A program made the position numbers and the translations under genes. This document shows, in pieces, positions 47,975 to 57,892 of a stretch of 64,000 nt of DNA. Numbering within the stretch: the first letter of the stretch is position 1; each line of letters starts with the position of its first letter. Source of the DNA: a virus. The stretch is from the IMG/VR virus record IMGVR_UViG_3300037153_000324, positions 1-64,000 of that record; one strand, 5' to 3'. The notes beneath the pieces are model-generated. The model was not told the DNA's origin. It made no database searches and saw only the letters and a program-made list of their open reading frames with translations.

Positions 47975-48480
47975 GCTTCTCTCGCGCGTGCGCGTACGTG
48001 CGCGATCCTTATAGACTCCTACGGAGTCTATGAATGTACTCTTACTGTTCACTGCTCCGCAGTGAACAAACAAAAACAGAAACAGACAAAAGTAAAAAGT
48101 AAAAAAATGAAAAAGTAAAAAATAAAAGGAAATAGAAAGGCTGAAATTTTTGTTCCGTTTGTCACAAACCCTCACAAACTCCCGGAGGAGCCATTGGCTG
48201 AAAAAACCAAAAAATCGCAGCCTTCTGCGGAAAAACCAATTTCAATCACTTTCGAAAACAAATTTCACAAGGAGCTTGAAAAAACCCTTCGCCAGTGGTT
48301 CGAAAAAAACGGGCAATTTTCAAAAAACGGCCTGCAAATAGAGTACGACTTTCGCGGACGGAAAAATTCCGTTTCGCTTCGCGTAATTGGACGACCCGGA
48401 CAAATTCTCGTTCGCAAATGGAAACAAGGAACCTAATTCGCTGTTTTCAAATTTGGCAACTAGACAGAGCAGGGAACAAA
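47975..48480. other. candidate replication origin (palindromes plus A-tracts before the helicase)
   Basis: ATAGACTCC-TAC-GGAGTCTAT hairpin, alternating CG run, A-tract array 48065-48140. Confidence 0.45.
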
Positions 48481-48500
48481 GCGATAAGCAAGGAGATGCC

Positions 48501-49838
48501 GTGAGCGTCGAGAGCTACGTTATTTCAGCGTTGGTCGAGGAGGGATCGCCCAAAAAGGCTTTTTCCGAAGGCGTGAACGAAAGCGACTTCGAAATCTACG
48601 ATGAGGAATTTCGTTGGATCGTAGATCGAGCCGAGAAGCGTAAGCCAGTCACCCCTCGAACATTCAAGGATGCGTTTCCGGATTTTGATTTCATCATCCC
48701 GAGGGAGACGCTTCCGGATCTGCTGGACGAATTGAAACAGGAACGAGCCTTTGTCTCGATTTCAAGTGCCATCGAGGAAGTCATTGTTGACCTGACCGCT
48801 GAGAATTCGCTTCGGAAGGCCGAGGAGCTACGTGAAATTCTCGGGGACGTTCTCCGTACGCATGCCGCGCATAGCGACGTGCTCATCAAAGCCGGTTGGC
48901 GCGATCATCTGAAACGAGTTAGGGATCTTCAGATACTTCGGGAGAATGGTGAAATTGCTGGAATCCCAACTGGCATCCTTCATTTCGATCAATACTGGGG
49001 CGGGCTGCAAGGGGAAGCCAGCTACCTGATTCTCGGACGGCCGGGTGATGCTAAGAGCTTTACCCTGGCGAAATTCACGACAGAGGCAGCCTGGCAGGGA
49101 TACCGTGTCGGTTTCTTTTCGCCCGAGATGACAGAGCATCAGCATCAGTGTAGGTTCCACACGCTTCTCTCTGCCAAATCTGAAATTCAGCAGGAGTGCA
49201 ATCTCAAGGGTGCATTTCCCAACCGAGCGCTCAAGGATGGGTTCGGCTTCAACCTCAAGACGTACAAGCGCTTCCTGGAATATCTCGACAATTCGATGAA
49301 AGGTGAAATTTGTCTGTTTACGCGCAAATATCGGCGTGAGCGAATGACGACGAGCTACATCGAGTCGCGGGTGGAAGAGCTAGGGCTGGATCTTGTAATT
49401 GTCGATCCGCTCTATAAGCTGAAAGCGCCACGGCACAGGGGTACGAAGTGGGAGGAGCTTTCCGAGCTTACGGACAATCTCACGAATATTGCGCATGCAT
49501 TCAACATTCCGGTCATAATGTCCAATCAGGCGACGAGAGCGCTCGTCGGATCGAGGGGCGACCCGCCTGGTCGAGACACAAGCTTCGGATCGGATGCACC
49601 TGTGCAGGAGGCAGACGTTGTATTTGGCGTTCGCCATCACTCTGACGAGCGGATAATGAAAGTTGCCTGCTCAAAGAATCGGCATGGTGAGCCATTCAAG
49701 TTCACCATGAAATTCTTGCCCAACAAAGGTGTGATGGAAGATGTGACTCCTTTGTATGGCGAGTACAAGAACGGGTACGATCCTGAGATAGCTGAAGAGC
49801 TACGTGTAGCTATGCGAGAGGAAAATGAAAATGACTGA
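48501..49838 (+). CDS. dnaB: DnaB-like replicative helicase
   Basis: GIPTG, GRPGDAKS Walker A, FSPEM, VIVD, SNQ, QEAD, KNRHG. Confidence 0.9.
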   Translation: MSVESYVISALVEEGSPKKAFSEGVNESDFEIYDEEFRWIVDRAEKRKPVTPRTFKDAFPDFDFIIPRETLPDLLDELKQERAFVSISSAIEEVIVDLTAENSLRKAEELREILGDVLRTHAAHSDVLIKAGWRDHLKRVRDLQILRENGEIAGIPTGILHFDQYWGGLQGEASYLILGRPGDAKSFTLAKFTTEAAWQGYRVGFFSPEMTEHQHQCRFHTLLSAKSEIQQECNLKGAFPNRALKDGFGFNLKTYKRFLEYLDNSMKGEICLFTRKYRRERMTTSYIESRVEELGLDLVIVDPLYKLKAPRHRGTKWEELSELTDNLTNIAHAFNIPVIMSNQATRALVGSRGDPPGRDTSFGSDAPVQEADVVFGVRHHSDERIMKVACSKNRHGEPFKFTMKFLPNKGVMEDVTPLYGEYKNGYDPEIAEELRVAMREENEND

Positions 49839-50034
49839 CGAGCGCTATGTGGACAGGGTTGTTGTCGTCAAGAAAGGCGATCATGCTTTTGTCAGACTCG
49901 TTTCGAACAACGGTGAAATTTTGCTGGTGTCCGAAAACTTCCAGAATATGTCATGGGCTGCGGCAGTAGGTATCAAACTGGCCGAGCAATTGGGTGTTTC
50001 CTATGAAGTGCTAGACGTGGAGGTAGCAAAATGA
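49825..50034 (+). CDS. DUF1508/YegP-like protein
   Basis: RLVSNNGEILLVSE.F. Confidence 0.65.
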   Translation: MKMTDERYVDRVVVVKKGDHAFVRLVSNNGEILLVSENFQNMSWAAAVGIKLAEQLGVSYEVLDVEVAK

Positions 50035-50363
50035 AGCCTGGTGAAATTGTCAAGGTCAAGCAGCGGACGGGTGAGCGTGGTCGTCCGAAGGAAGTGACAG
50101 TTCTTGGCAGCAAAGACAAAGATGAAATCAAGATCCTCTCGCAGAACAAGGCAGCGCCGGAAGTCGAGATTTACGACCGTGAGCGCTCTGCTGAGCCAGA
50201 AAGGACGGTTGAGTTAGGGCATGTGCCCACCCGAGTAACCGAAGCTGATAAGATTCGCTACAAGCCACGCAAACCGGAGGAGCCTGAAATTCGGCTGAAC
50301 GAGGCCGATCACAAGAAGTGGGAGAAAATCAAGACGTTGGACGAGGACGATGATGTGAAATGA
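50031..50363 (+). CDS. charged hypothetical protein with RGRP motif
   Basis: GGAGG RBS, ATGA overlap. Confidence 0.65.
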   Translation: MKPGEIVKVKQRTGERGRPKEVTVLGSKDKDEIKILSQNKAAPEVEIYDRERSAEPERTVELGHVPTRVTEADKIRYKPRKPEEPEIRLNEADHKKWEKIKTLDEDDDVK

Positions 50364-50519
50364 TGGAGAACGAAAAAGAGAGGCAGGTTGCACAAGCTCA
50401 GCGTCGTAGCGCCGATCATGCCCTGAAGTCGATGCAAATTTACATTCGCAGGGCTGTCAAAGCAGGTGCGACTGACGAGGAAATTTTCAATGCCGCCAAA
50501 GACGCAATCAAGGAGGAAA

Positions 50520-50789
50520 TGCGTGCCTAGGGATTTGCGTGATCCTCAAGCGATAGGTCACTGGTTTGCCGAGCTTCGGGAAGCGCATCCCAACATGAAG
50601 GCGCATCAAATTGCTGACTACATTGACAGCGAAGTAGATGTGCTGAATTACACCGAATTGGAACAGACGATAGGCCAAGAAACTGTAATTCGATATCGCA
50701 GTGAGCTTTTCGAGCGTGCTGAGCAAGGGGATAGGTACGCGAAGTCGAGGCTCGATGGGCTTGCGTTCGAGGAGCCTAGCGACGGATGA
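50520..50789 (+). CDS. hypothetical protein
   Basis: AGGAGG RBS near 50512; exact start approximate (GTG ~50523). Confidence 0.55.
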   Translation, partial: CVPRDLRDPQAIGHWFAELREAHPNMKAHQIADYIDSEVDVLNYTELEQTIGQETVIRYRSELFERAEQGDRYAKSRLDGLAFEEPSDG

Positions 50790-51886
50790 ATTACAAAGGT
50801 AGGAATATTGACCCGTTGAGCGTGTGGGATCGCTATGTCGAATTTCCGCCAGGGATCGACGCCGATAAGTCGATGTTTCTTCCACTAGTTCTGTGCCCAA
50901 ATCCTGAACATGACAATTCTCGCTCACCTGCATTTCAGATCAATACGACTGCGCCGCTTGTACATTGTTTCGCTCACTGTGGAATTTCAGGCACGTACGA
51001 TCATGCCGTGGCGATGATCGAGGGTTACTACGATGACCTAAAGGTGGATCTAGGTGAAATTGACAGAATCCGGCAGAAGTCGGTAAAGGAGCGCTCGCGT
51101 GCGGAGCACGATAAAGTGGCTCGCTATTTCAGAGCGCAGCGAAAAGCAAGCAAGCTCATTCTTCGAGGCTCCACTCGCTCCAAATTTTCTCGAAAAACCA
51201 GTGCCAGGAAAACGCAGGAAAAGAAATCCCAAATCAAGATCGACCTGAACTTCGACACTTTCATTCCGCAGATCGGCTTGGAATATCTCGAAGGCCGAGG
51301 AATTACAGCAGAGTCGATTGCGCGGTGGGGGTTGGGCTGGCACCCTGACGAGAAGCGGCTCGTTATTCCAGCGCACGATGACAGGGGTACGCTCAGGTTT
51401 CTGATTCGGCGGGCGGTGAAGGATTCCCAGTGGCCCAAGTACCTGTACAGTGAGGGCTACCCCAAGACTTCCCTGCTCTTTGGGGGGTTGCAAACTGACC
51501 TAGGGATGGTACAATCCCGTGGACTGATCCTCGTAGAAGGGAGTTTCGATACGATCAAGCTTCACCAATACGGATTGACGTGCGCAGCGGCCATTCTTGG
51601 CACAGGAATTTCACCCGAGCAGATGCGCATAGTGATGAAATTGAGGCCCAAGCGAATTTTCCTCATGTTCGACCGCGATACGGCCGGTGTCACTAATATC
51701 TCGCTCGCAGCGAAATTGCTTGCCAGGAAATATCCGCTGTTCGTGTGCCGATATCCCAGGGGAAAATTCGATCCGGCCGAGCTAGTGAAGAAGGAGGCGT
51801 GGAATTCATTGATGAGAGCAGTGCCCTATTCGTTATGGAATAGGAAATCGAGACGGCCCGAATCGTCTCTAACCGAAAGGAAATAA
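50786..51886 (+). CDS. dnaG: DNA primase (CHC2-like Zn finger plus TOPRIM)
   Basis: CP...H.N..P.F.....HCF..CG; PKYL; LVEGSFD; FDRD.AG; DP.EL. Confidence 0.9.
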   Translation: MNYKGRNIDPLSVWDRYVEFPPGIDADKSMFLPLVLCPNPEHDNSRSPAFQINTTAPLVHCFAHCGISGTYDHAVAMIEGYYDDLKVDLGEIDRIRQKSVKERSRAEHDKVARYFRAQRKASKLILRGSTRSKFSRKTSARKTQEKKSQIKIDLNFDTFIPQIGLEYLEGRGITAESIARWGLGWHPDEKRLVIPAHDDRGTLRFLIRRAVKDSQWPKYLYSEGYPKTSLLFGGLQTDLGMVQSRGLILVEGSFDTIKLHQYGLTCAAAILGTGISPEQMRIVMKLRPKRIFLMFDRDTAGVTNISLAAKLLARKYPLFVCRYPRGKFDPAELVKKEAWNSLMRAVPYSLWNRKSRRPESSLTERK

Positions 51887-51887
51887 G

Positions 51888-53027
51888 TTGGCGAGGACAA
51901 GAGAGAAGTTTCAGATTCGCCGCGTCAAGTCGAAAGAGGATCGCAAGCGGCCGTCTGTTTTCATGCGATTGAAAACGGATGAGGCGTTCAAGGGTGTGGC
52001 GTTGTTCGAGCCAGATCCCGAGTTGGACGACAACCCCGGCTATTTCGAGTATTACGACCACTGGGATCAGCAGGGGCAACAGTACGTCCCTTGTGCGGGT
52101 GAAATGTGCCCCTTCTGCAAGGCGAACGACAATCCTTCGACTCGGGCAATGACCGTCTGGTATTTCCCTGAGGCGGCAGACGTGAAAGACCAGATCAAGG
52201 TTTTCACGATGAATTTCAGCACGATCAACGACATTACCGACGAGGCCGAGGAAGAGGACGGCTTGATCGGTAAGAAGGTGCGCATCAAGCGTCTGTCCGA
52301 CAAGGGCGATTACAAGGTGCGCGTGCTCACCGAGAAGGGCCTGACCGAAACGCAGTTGAAAAAGGTCATGGCTCGTCTCGATGAAGTGTTCCCTGACGGT
52401 CTGGAAGGCATTACGCTCGCACAGTTGAAGCGTCAGATGGAGCGCTTGCGTGCTCTGGACGAGTTGGAGGACGACGACGAGGACGACGAGCAGGACGAGC
52501 AGCCCAAGGCTCGCCGTGGTCGGGCAATTTCAAAGGACGAGGAAGAGGACGAAGAGGAAGAGGACGACGAAGAGGAAGAGGACGAAGAGGAAGAGGACGA
52601 CGAAGAGGACGAAGAGCCGACCGACGAAGAGGACGAAGAGGAGGAAGAGGAGGAGGACGACGAAGAGGACGACGACGAGGAAGAGGACGAGGAAGAGCAG
52701 GAGCAGGCTGAAATTACAGCGGCCGAGTACGAAGTTCTCAAGTCGAGCGAGCGTGACGACACGTTCGAGTTGCAGAACGACGAGGGCAAGGTGAAGATGT
52801 GGCTCGGAGAGAACGTCGAGGTTGACTACGACGAATTCCCGAAGGGCACGCCTGTCACCGTCTCCGCGCTTCAGGACGACGAGGGCGATTGGATCATCAC
52901 TGAAATCAAGGTGAAAAAGCGTCGTGGTCGTCCGCCTGCGTCCAAGGCCAAGACGCGGACAAGCCGCGCAGCCTCGTCTCGTTCCAGCGGTTCGACTCGC
53001 GGCCGGGGTAGGCCGCGTAAGCGGTAA
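51888..53027 (+). CDS. gp32-like ssDNA-binding protein with long acidic tract and C-terminal AT-hooks
   Basis: H...C....CPFC Zn motif, ~75-residue D/E tract, RRGRPP and RGRGRPRKR. Confidence 0.7.
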   Translation: MARTREKFQIRRVKSKEDRKRPSVFMRLKTDEAFKGVALFEPDPELDDNPGYFEYYDHWDQQGQQYVPCAGEMCPFCKANDNPSTRAMTVWYFPEAADVKDQIKVFTMNFSTINDITDEAEEEDGLIGKKVRIKRLSDKGDYKVRVLTEKGLTETQLKKVMARLDEVFPDGLEGITLAQLKRQMERLRALDELEDDDEDDEQDEQPKARRGRAISKDEEEDEEEEDDEEEEDEEEEDDEEDEEPTDEEDEEEEEEEDDEEDDDEEEDEEEQEQAEITAAEYEVLKSSERDDTFELQNDEGKVKMWLGENVEVDYDEFPKGTPVTVSALQDDEGDWIITEIKVKKRRGRPPASKAKTRTSRAASSRSSGSTRGRGRPRKR

Positions 53028-53030
53028 GGA

Positions 53031-53380
53031 AATTTCCACTTCGTGAACGATCAGGTTGTAACGGGCAAGCGTGGTAGTGAGCGGACTGTCGGTAAGGGCT
53101 TGGCGGTTTGCTCGCGTGCTACCACAAGGAACACCGTTTCGGCGGTGCCTGCTTCTACGGCAGTTGCGTTTGGGCACTGTGCAACCCTGCCCCTAAGTGA
53201 ACCCGTGCGGAGTGGAAAATACATTCGGGCGGTGCGCTAAATGCGCGGCGTTATCGCCCGGATTCCAGGGAGTGTGCGCGTTCTTAGCGGTCACGCAGCC
53301 GCCCTGGAAAGCCGGGTGGGGAAGGGAATTTCCCTCTAGGGTTTCAACCCCTCTAGTGCGGAAGTCTCCGCCCCACCCGG
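53031..53380 (+). ncRNA. candidate multi-stem structured RNA
   Basis: closing TTTCCACTTCG/CGGAGTGGAAA; inner GTGGTAG/CTACCAC and CACCG/CGGTG; then TTCCAGGG/CCCTGGAA and CCGGGTGGGG/CCCCACCCGG. Confidence 0.6.
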
Positions 53381-53422
53381 TAATTGATTTGGCCCGAAAC
53401 AACAGAAAGGAAATAAACGCGA

Positions 53423-53755
53423 ATGACATTGCCACTTCTAACGTCCGCTCAGCTTGTCGAGGAAATTGCCGAGGATACGGGCTATTCCAAGTCCGATGTG
53501 CGGCATTTCATGGACTCGCTGGCGCGGGCGATCACGGATCATGTTTCCGATTGTGAGAGAGTCAGGATTGGGAACCTCGTCCAGATCGAGCCGAAGTTGA
53601 AAAAAGCACAGAAAAAGCGGATGGGTCGGAATCCGGCTACAGGTGAGGACATTGAAATTGCTGCCAAGCCAGCGAGTGTGCGCGTAGGTGTTCGGCCACT
53701 CGCTGGCTTGAAGGACGCGATGCCGTCCGTGCAGAAGCTTAGGAAGCGAGTCTGA
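53423..53755 (+). CDS. HU/IHF-family DNA-binding protein
   Basis: QLVEEIAEDTG.SK, RMGRNPATGEDIEIAA. Confidence 0.9.
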   Translation: MTLPLLTSAQLVEEIAEDTGYSKSDVRHFMDSLARAITDHVSDCERVRIGNLVQIEPKLKKAQKKRMGRNPATGEDIEIAAKPASVRVGVRPLAGLKDAMPSVQKLRKRV

Positions 53756-53756
53756 A

Positions 53757-54029
53757 ATGTCCAAGCTGACCAAGTACACCAAGGACAAGCAAGCGCTGTC
53801 GTCCGTTTATGAATTTCCAGGTCTGATTAGCGGTTGGAATGTGCGCATTCAGGCGAACCACGGTTCAGTTTCAGTTCGCAAAAACGGGACGACTGTTCTA
53901 ACCATGACACATCAGGAAGCTGAAATTCTTGGTGAGGTACTGGTAGATGCAGCAGAGGACGGTCGGCGTCGAATCAGGAAGATCGAGAAGAAGAGAAAAA
54001 AGAATGCTGTCAAAACGCAAGTAGCTTGA
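53757..54029 (+). CDS. hypothetical protein
   Basis: 90-aa ORF. Confidence 0.65.
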   Translation: MSKLTKYTKDKQALSSVYEFPGLISGWNVRIQANHGSVSVRKNGTTVLTMTHQEAEILGEVLVDAAEDGRRRIRKIEKKRKKNAVKTQVA

Positions 54030-54032
54030 AAT

Positions 54033-54428
54033 TTGGCACTCCGAGGCAGGAGACGCACTGACGGAACGGCATGGCCTAGCTTGACTGGGCCTACGGCTAC
54101 ACGGAACGGTAGTCCCAGTGCGATTCGAGAGGGGAAGGCGTGGTACGAACCAGCGACGTGCGCACGGTAACTGGTGAGTGGTAGGAGTGCCAATGAAATT
54201 GCCTCGGCCGGGGGTATCTTGGCGGCAGGATGCCGGGGCAAGTTTGGGGTCAGGTTCCGACGATTCCCTCCGTTCCCTCACGTTTCGGTGGGATGGACGT
54301 AAGTGAAAAAGACGGCCCATAGCCATGACGCCCGTCTAATCAGCCTGGCTCCAAGAGTCTGCTCTGGCCTTGCGGCGCTAGAGCAGCATGGGGGCGCTCC
54401 TAACGAGGGTGGGGGCGCTCCCTTTTTT
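54033..54428 (+). ncRNA. candidate multi-stem structured RNA ending in a terminator
   Basis: TTGGCACTCC/GGAGTGCCAA closing stem, CGCACTG/CAGTGCG, TTGCCTCGGC/GCCGGGGCAA, CTGCTCTGG/CTAGAGCAG, terminator 54390-54428. Confidence 0.6.
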
Positions 54429-54435
54429 CAAGGAG

Positions 54436-54645
54436 ATGCGCATGAAGAAATTAGCTGAATTGACAAATGCCACAAAAGCGCAGCTAGTAGCGTTCATCAA
54501 CACGGCTCTCGTTCTGATTGTTTCGTTTGGGATTACGTTGAGTGATGCACAGACCGCTGCAATAATTTCGTTTGTGAACGCCGGTCTTTCTCTTTGGATT
54601 GCCATGACGTATCGTGATAGCCCAAAGCGAATTTCAGATGAGTAA
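54436..54645 (+). CDS. holin-like two-TM protein
   Basis: two hydrophobic helices, FGITLSDAQTAAI pattern. Confidence 0.6.
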   Translation: MRMKKLAELTNATKAQLVAFINTALVLIVSFGITLSDAQTAAIISFVNAGLSLWIAMTYRDSPKRISDE

Positions 54646-57600
54646 CTATATAGAATTACATAATCACTCCACCTTCAGTATTTCGGACGGCTTTGGTTCA
54701 CCGCAAGCTATTGTTGATCGTGCGAAGGAACTAGGGTGGAATGCCGTTGCATTGACGGAGCACGGGCACATGATAAGCGCTCCGACTTTTTACAAGGCCG
54801 CTAGAACCGCTGGAATCAAGCCGATCATCGGTTGCGAGCTTTACGTTACAGGCGACTGGTCGTTTGGTATGCGGGAGAAGGTTGCGCTTACTGAGCAATT
54901 TCATCTTACGGTGCTAGCACTCTCGAAGGAGGGCTACCAGAATCTTGTTGCCTGGACGAGCGAGGCGATGAAGCGTGAAAATTTCTACCGCAAGCCGCGC
55001 ATCTCTGTTGTGCGCATGGCAGAGATTGCACCGTGGCCGTTGCACCACAACGTTGTGCTTTCCGGGTGCCTGGCTTCGGAGCTTTGTCGTTCGCTTGAGA
55101 ATGGAAATGGCTTGGGGATTGGAATGGAGTATGCGTTACAAATGAAATCTTTGTTCCCGAATTTCTATATCGAGATTCAGGATCACAAGATTTCAAAGTT
55201 TGACGATGACCGCTACCCGGCCTATCAAGAGCTTCTGGCAAAAGAAGTCATAGTTCAAGGGAAGCTCCTAGAAATTTCAACACTGACTGCTGTGCCTGCA
55301 ATTTTGACGAATGACTCACATCTTCAGAGGCCGCAGGATAGAAAAGCGCATGTAGCGATGAAGGCATCCGCATGGCGATCAAGGGATGACCTTCATTATG
55401 GCCGCTCGCAGGAACAGGTAATTACCTCATACCTGGCGGACTATGCTTATTTTGGTAATTACATGCGAGATATGGAGCAAGTCTGTGATAATGCTGATTT
55501 ACCAAGGGCGTGTCTGGCTTCTGTTTCTGAAATTGTCGAAGCCGCAGATATCGTTCTCGACCCACTCGACAACACGGTATATTCGATTCCCTTTTCAGGC
55601 GAATCCGACCCCCTACACGCTCTCCGTCGAGCGAGTAAGTCTCGTCTGGCAAATGGGGTTTGGAAGCACGGTCGGATTGCCCGTGAGAGATTTGAGCATG
55701 AACTAGAGTCGATGGGGGATTTTGCTCATTATCTCGTCCTCATGGCGAAATTCATCAAGGAAGCGCATCGGCAGGGAATTCTGACGTGGACGCGGGGATC
55801 GGCTGCTAACTCATACCTGGCCTACTGCCTCGGGATTCATGAAATTGATTCCATCGAGTACGGTCTGACGTTCTCGCGTTTCTTCAATCCGGCTCGAAAG
55901 AAATTGCCGGATATCGACGTGGACATAGATCCGGAGCGGTATGACGATTTCATGCGCATTGTGCAGGAGCACATGGAGCCGTTGATCGGGGCTGGTCAGG
56001 TAGTGCGCATGTGCGATTTCGGGTTGGCGCAGAATCGAGCCGCATTCAGAATGGCCGCATCTGCTCTTGGAATTCCCAAGGAGGAGCAAGACGAAATTTC
56101 AAAGCTCCTTCCACAGATGATCGACTCTGGAATGGTGGACGAGGATACCGATGTGTTCATTGCGCTGCGTGAGGATTATCCCGAGCTATATGAAATTACG
56201 TCAGCGATCTTTGATTCGGTCAAGTCAGTGGGCCAGCACGCGAGCGCATGGGTATTCGGTACTGCTGATCGCAAGGTGGAGGACTGGATTCCTCTTTATC
56301 TAATTGCATCGAGTAATGCGCTGGTGACTCAATACGACTTCCACCAGATCGAAGATTTCGGTTTGGTGAAAATGGACTTTCTTCGGCTCAAGACTCTGAG
56401 TATCGCGAAAAAGGTCATGCAGATGGTCGGGAAGTCGCCAATGGAATTCTACGACGTGCCGCTCGATGACTCCAAGACTTTCGAGATGATGCGTGCGGGT
56501 GACGTAGAAGGCGTCCACACTCTGCAAGGGAAGGAAACGCGGCGTGGTATCGTAGAGATGCAAGTTGAAAATGTCCACGACGTAATCGTGGCGGCGGCGT
56601 TGTATCGTCCTGCGCATACCCGTGAAGGTCGAGATAAACTCTACCTACAGCGGAGGCGTGGTGATGAAATTCCCTCTTACCCGCACTCAATTGTTGAGCG
56701 AATTGTTGGTGGAACGTTCGGAATTCCGGTATTTCAAGAGCAGGCGATGGAGATTGGTTATGCCGTCGGGATGGATGATGCAGGTGTCGATGACATTTAC
56801 CAAGCCATCAAGAAGGCAAAAGGGGTTGGCAAGGGTGCAAAGGAAGCATTCTCTAAGATCGAGCCGAAATTCCTAAAGGCCGCAAAACGAAAAATGAAAC
56901 CGCATGAGGCGAAAGGAAGTTGGCTGTATGTTCAAGGTTTCCAGGGTTACGGTTTCAACAAAGGTCACGCAAGCTCGTATGGTGTGCTTGCGACGAGGAT
57001 GGCGTATCTGAAATGTCACTATCCGGTCGAATTTTTCGCAGCGATCCTCGATACGTTTCCCGAGAAGGCGTCGTACATTGCTGCGGCGAGAAACGCAGGG
57101 TTGAAATTCTTGCCACCGGACGTGAATCATTCTGGCAAGGGGTTCGGTATCGACCGTCAGTTAGGCGGAATTCGAGTTGGGCTAGGAAAGATTCACGGCT
57201 TGGGGCCGGTGGCGGTTGATGAAATTGTTAGGGGCCAGCCTTTTCAGACCTACGACGACTTTCTTGGACGTACGACGCGCAGGGCAGTCAACGTCAAGCG
57301 CCTTGAAAATCTCCGCACGGTGGGTGCGTTCTCCTCGCTCGGCCTTCATCACAGAACGCGAGACGAGGAGGAATTTCAACTACTTGGATTCACGCTCGGC
57401 CGTCCTATCGCTCTCCGGGGCTGCAAGCCTCGGCACGTTGGTGCTCGCACATCGGATAGCGGCTGGAAGCACTTGGGACGTGAGAAGGGGGTGGAGCTTA
57501 CTGCGGGCCGTGCAAGTGTGAGTAAGCTGTTCTGGATTCCGCCTGATGTGAAATTGGAACTGAAGGCTTCTCCATGGGCACAGGTGAAAACATGGCTGAT

Positions 57601-57892
57601 GCTGGCAGTGGACGAAAATGGAATTCCGGTTCACTGGATGGTCAACGAGGACAAGAAGCACGTTGTCATGCTACTGAAATACCTGCATCGGAAGTGTCAA
57701 GGCTCGGTAATTTGCGCGGATGGAATGATCCGACTTCCGTTCGTGCAGAACGGCCCACCTGGCTTCCGTTTCTTCGGGGTTTCGGGAACGTATGATGGTG
57801 AGCCGCAGTGTTGGCATGTGCAAGAGATTCAAGTAAAAGCGATTTTGGAAATTGAACGGCAAAAGCGCATAGAGCGATACAGAGGAGGATGA
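54638..57892 (+). CDS. dnaE: DNA polymerase III alpha subunit
   Basis: LHNHSTFSISDG PHP domain, RGSAANS, PDIDVD, KMDFL, YGFNKGHA. Confidence 0.95.
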   Translation: MSNYIELHNHSTFSISDGFGSPQAIVDRAKELGWNAVALTEHGHMISAPTFYKAARTAGIKPIIGCELYVTGDWSFGMREKVALTEQFHLTVLALSKEGYQNLVAWTSEAMKRENFYRKPRISVVRMAEIAPWPLHHNVVLSGCLASELCRSLENGNGLGIGMEYALQMKSLFPNFYIEIQDHKISKFDDDRYPAYQELLAKEVIVQGKLLEISTLTAVPAILTNDSHLQRPQDRKAHVAMKASAWRSRDDLHYGRSQEQVITSYLADYAYFGNYMRDMEQVCDNADLPRACLASVSEIVEAADIVLDPLDNTVYSIPFSGESDPLHALRRASKSRLANGVWKHGRIARERFEHELESMGDFAHYLVLMAKFIKEAHRQGILTWTRGSAANSYLAYCLGIHEIDSIEYGLTFSRFFNPARKKLPDIDVDIDPERYDDFMRIVQEHMEPLIGAGQVVRMCDFGLAQNRAAFRMAASALGIPKEEQDEISKLLPQMIDSGMVDEDTDVFIALREDYPELYEITSAIFDSVKSVGQHASAWVFGTADRKVEDWIPLYLIASSNALVTQYDFHQIEDFGLVKMDFLRLKTLSIAKKVMQMVGKSPMEFYDVPLDDSKTFEMMRAGDVEGVHTLQGKETRRGIVEMQVENVHDVIVAAALYRPAHTREGRDKLYLQRRRGDEIPSYPHSIVERIVGGTFGIPVFQEQAMEIGYAVGMDDAGVDDIYQAIKKAKGVGKGAKEAFSKIEPKFLKAAKRKMKPHEAKGSWLYVQGFQGYGFNKGHASSYGVLATRMAYLKCHYPVEFFAAILDTFPEKASYIAAARNAGLKFLPPDVNHSGKGFGIDRQLGGIRVGLGKIHGLGPVAVDEIVRGQPFQTYDDFLGRTTRRAVNVKRLENLRTVGAFSSLGLHHRTRDEEEFQLLGFTLGRPIALRGCKPRHVGARTSDSGWKHLGREKGVELTAGRASVSKLFWIPPDVKLELKASPWAQVKTWLMLAVDENGIPVHWMVNEDKKHVVMLLKYLHRKCQGSVICADGMIRLPFVQNGPPGFRFFGVSGTYDGEPQCWHVQEIQVKAILEIERQKRIERYRGG

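Noticed and set aside
52433-53177. Poly-Ser and hydrophobic minus-strand ORFs
   Set aside because: Shadows of the GAR/GAC acidic tract of the SSB-like gene.
53031-54428. tRNA/tmRNA or hammerhead ribozyme calls for the structured regions
   Set aside because: No T-loop GTTCRA in cloverleaf context, no CCA end, and no complete CUGANGA/GAAA core recognised.
54638-57892. Intein in DnaE, terminase or helicase
   Set aside because: Lengths are normal and no C...HN-C/S/T splice junctions or embedded LAGLIDADG blocks were seen.
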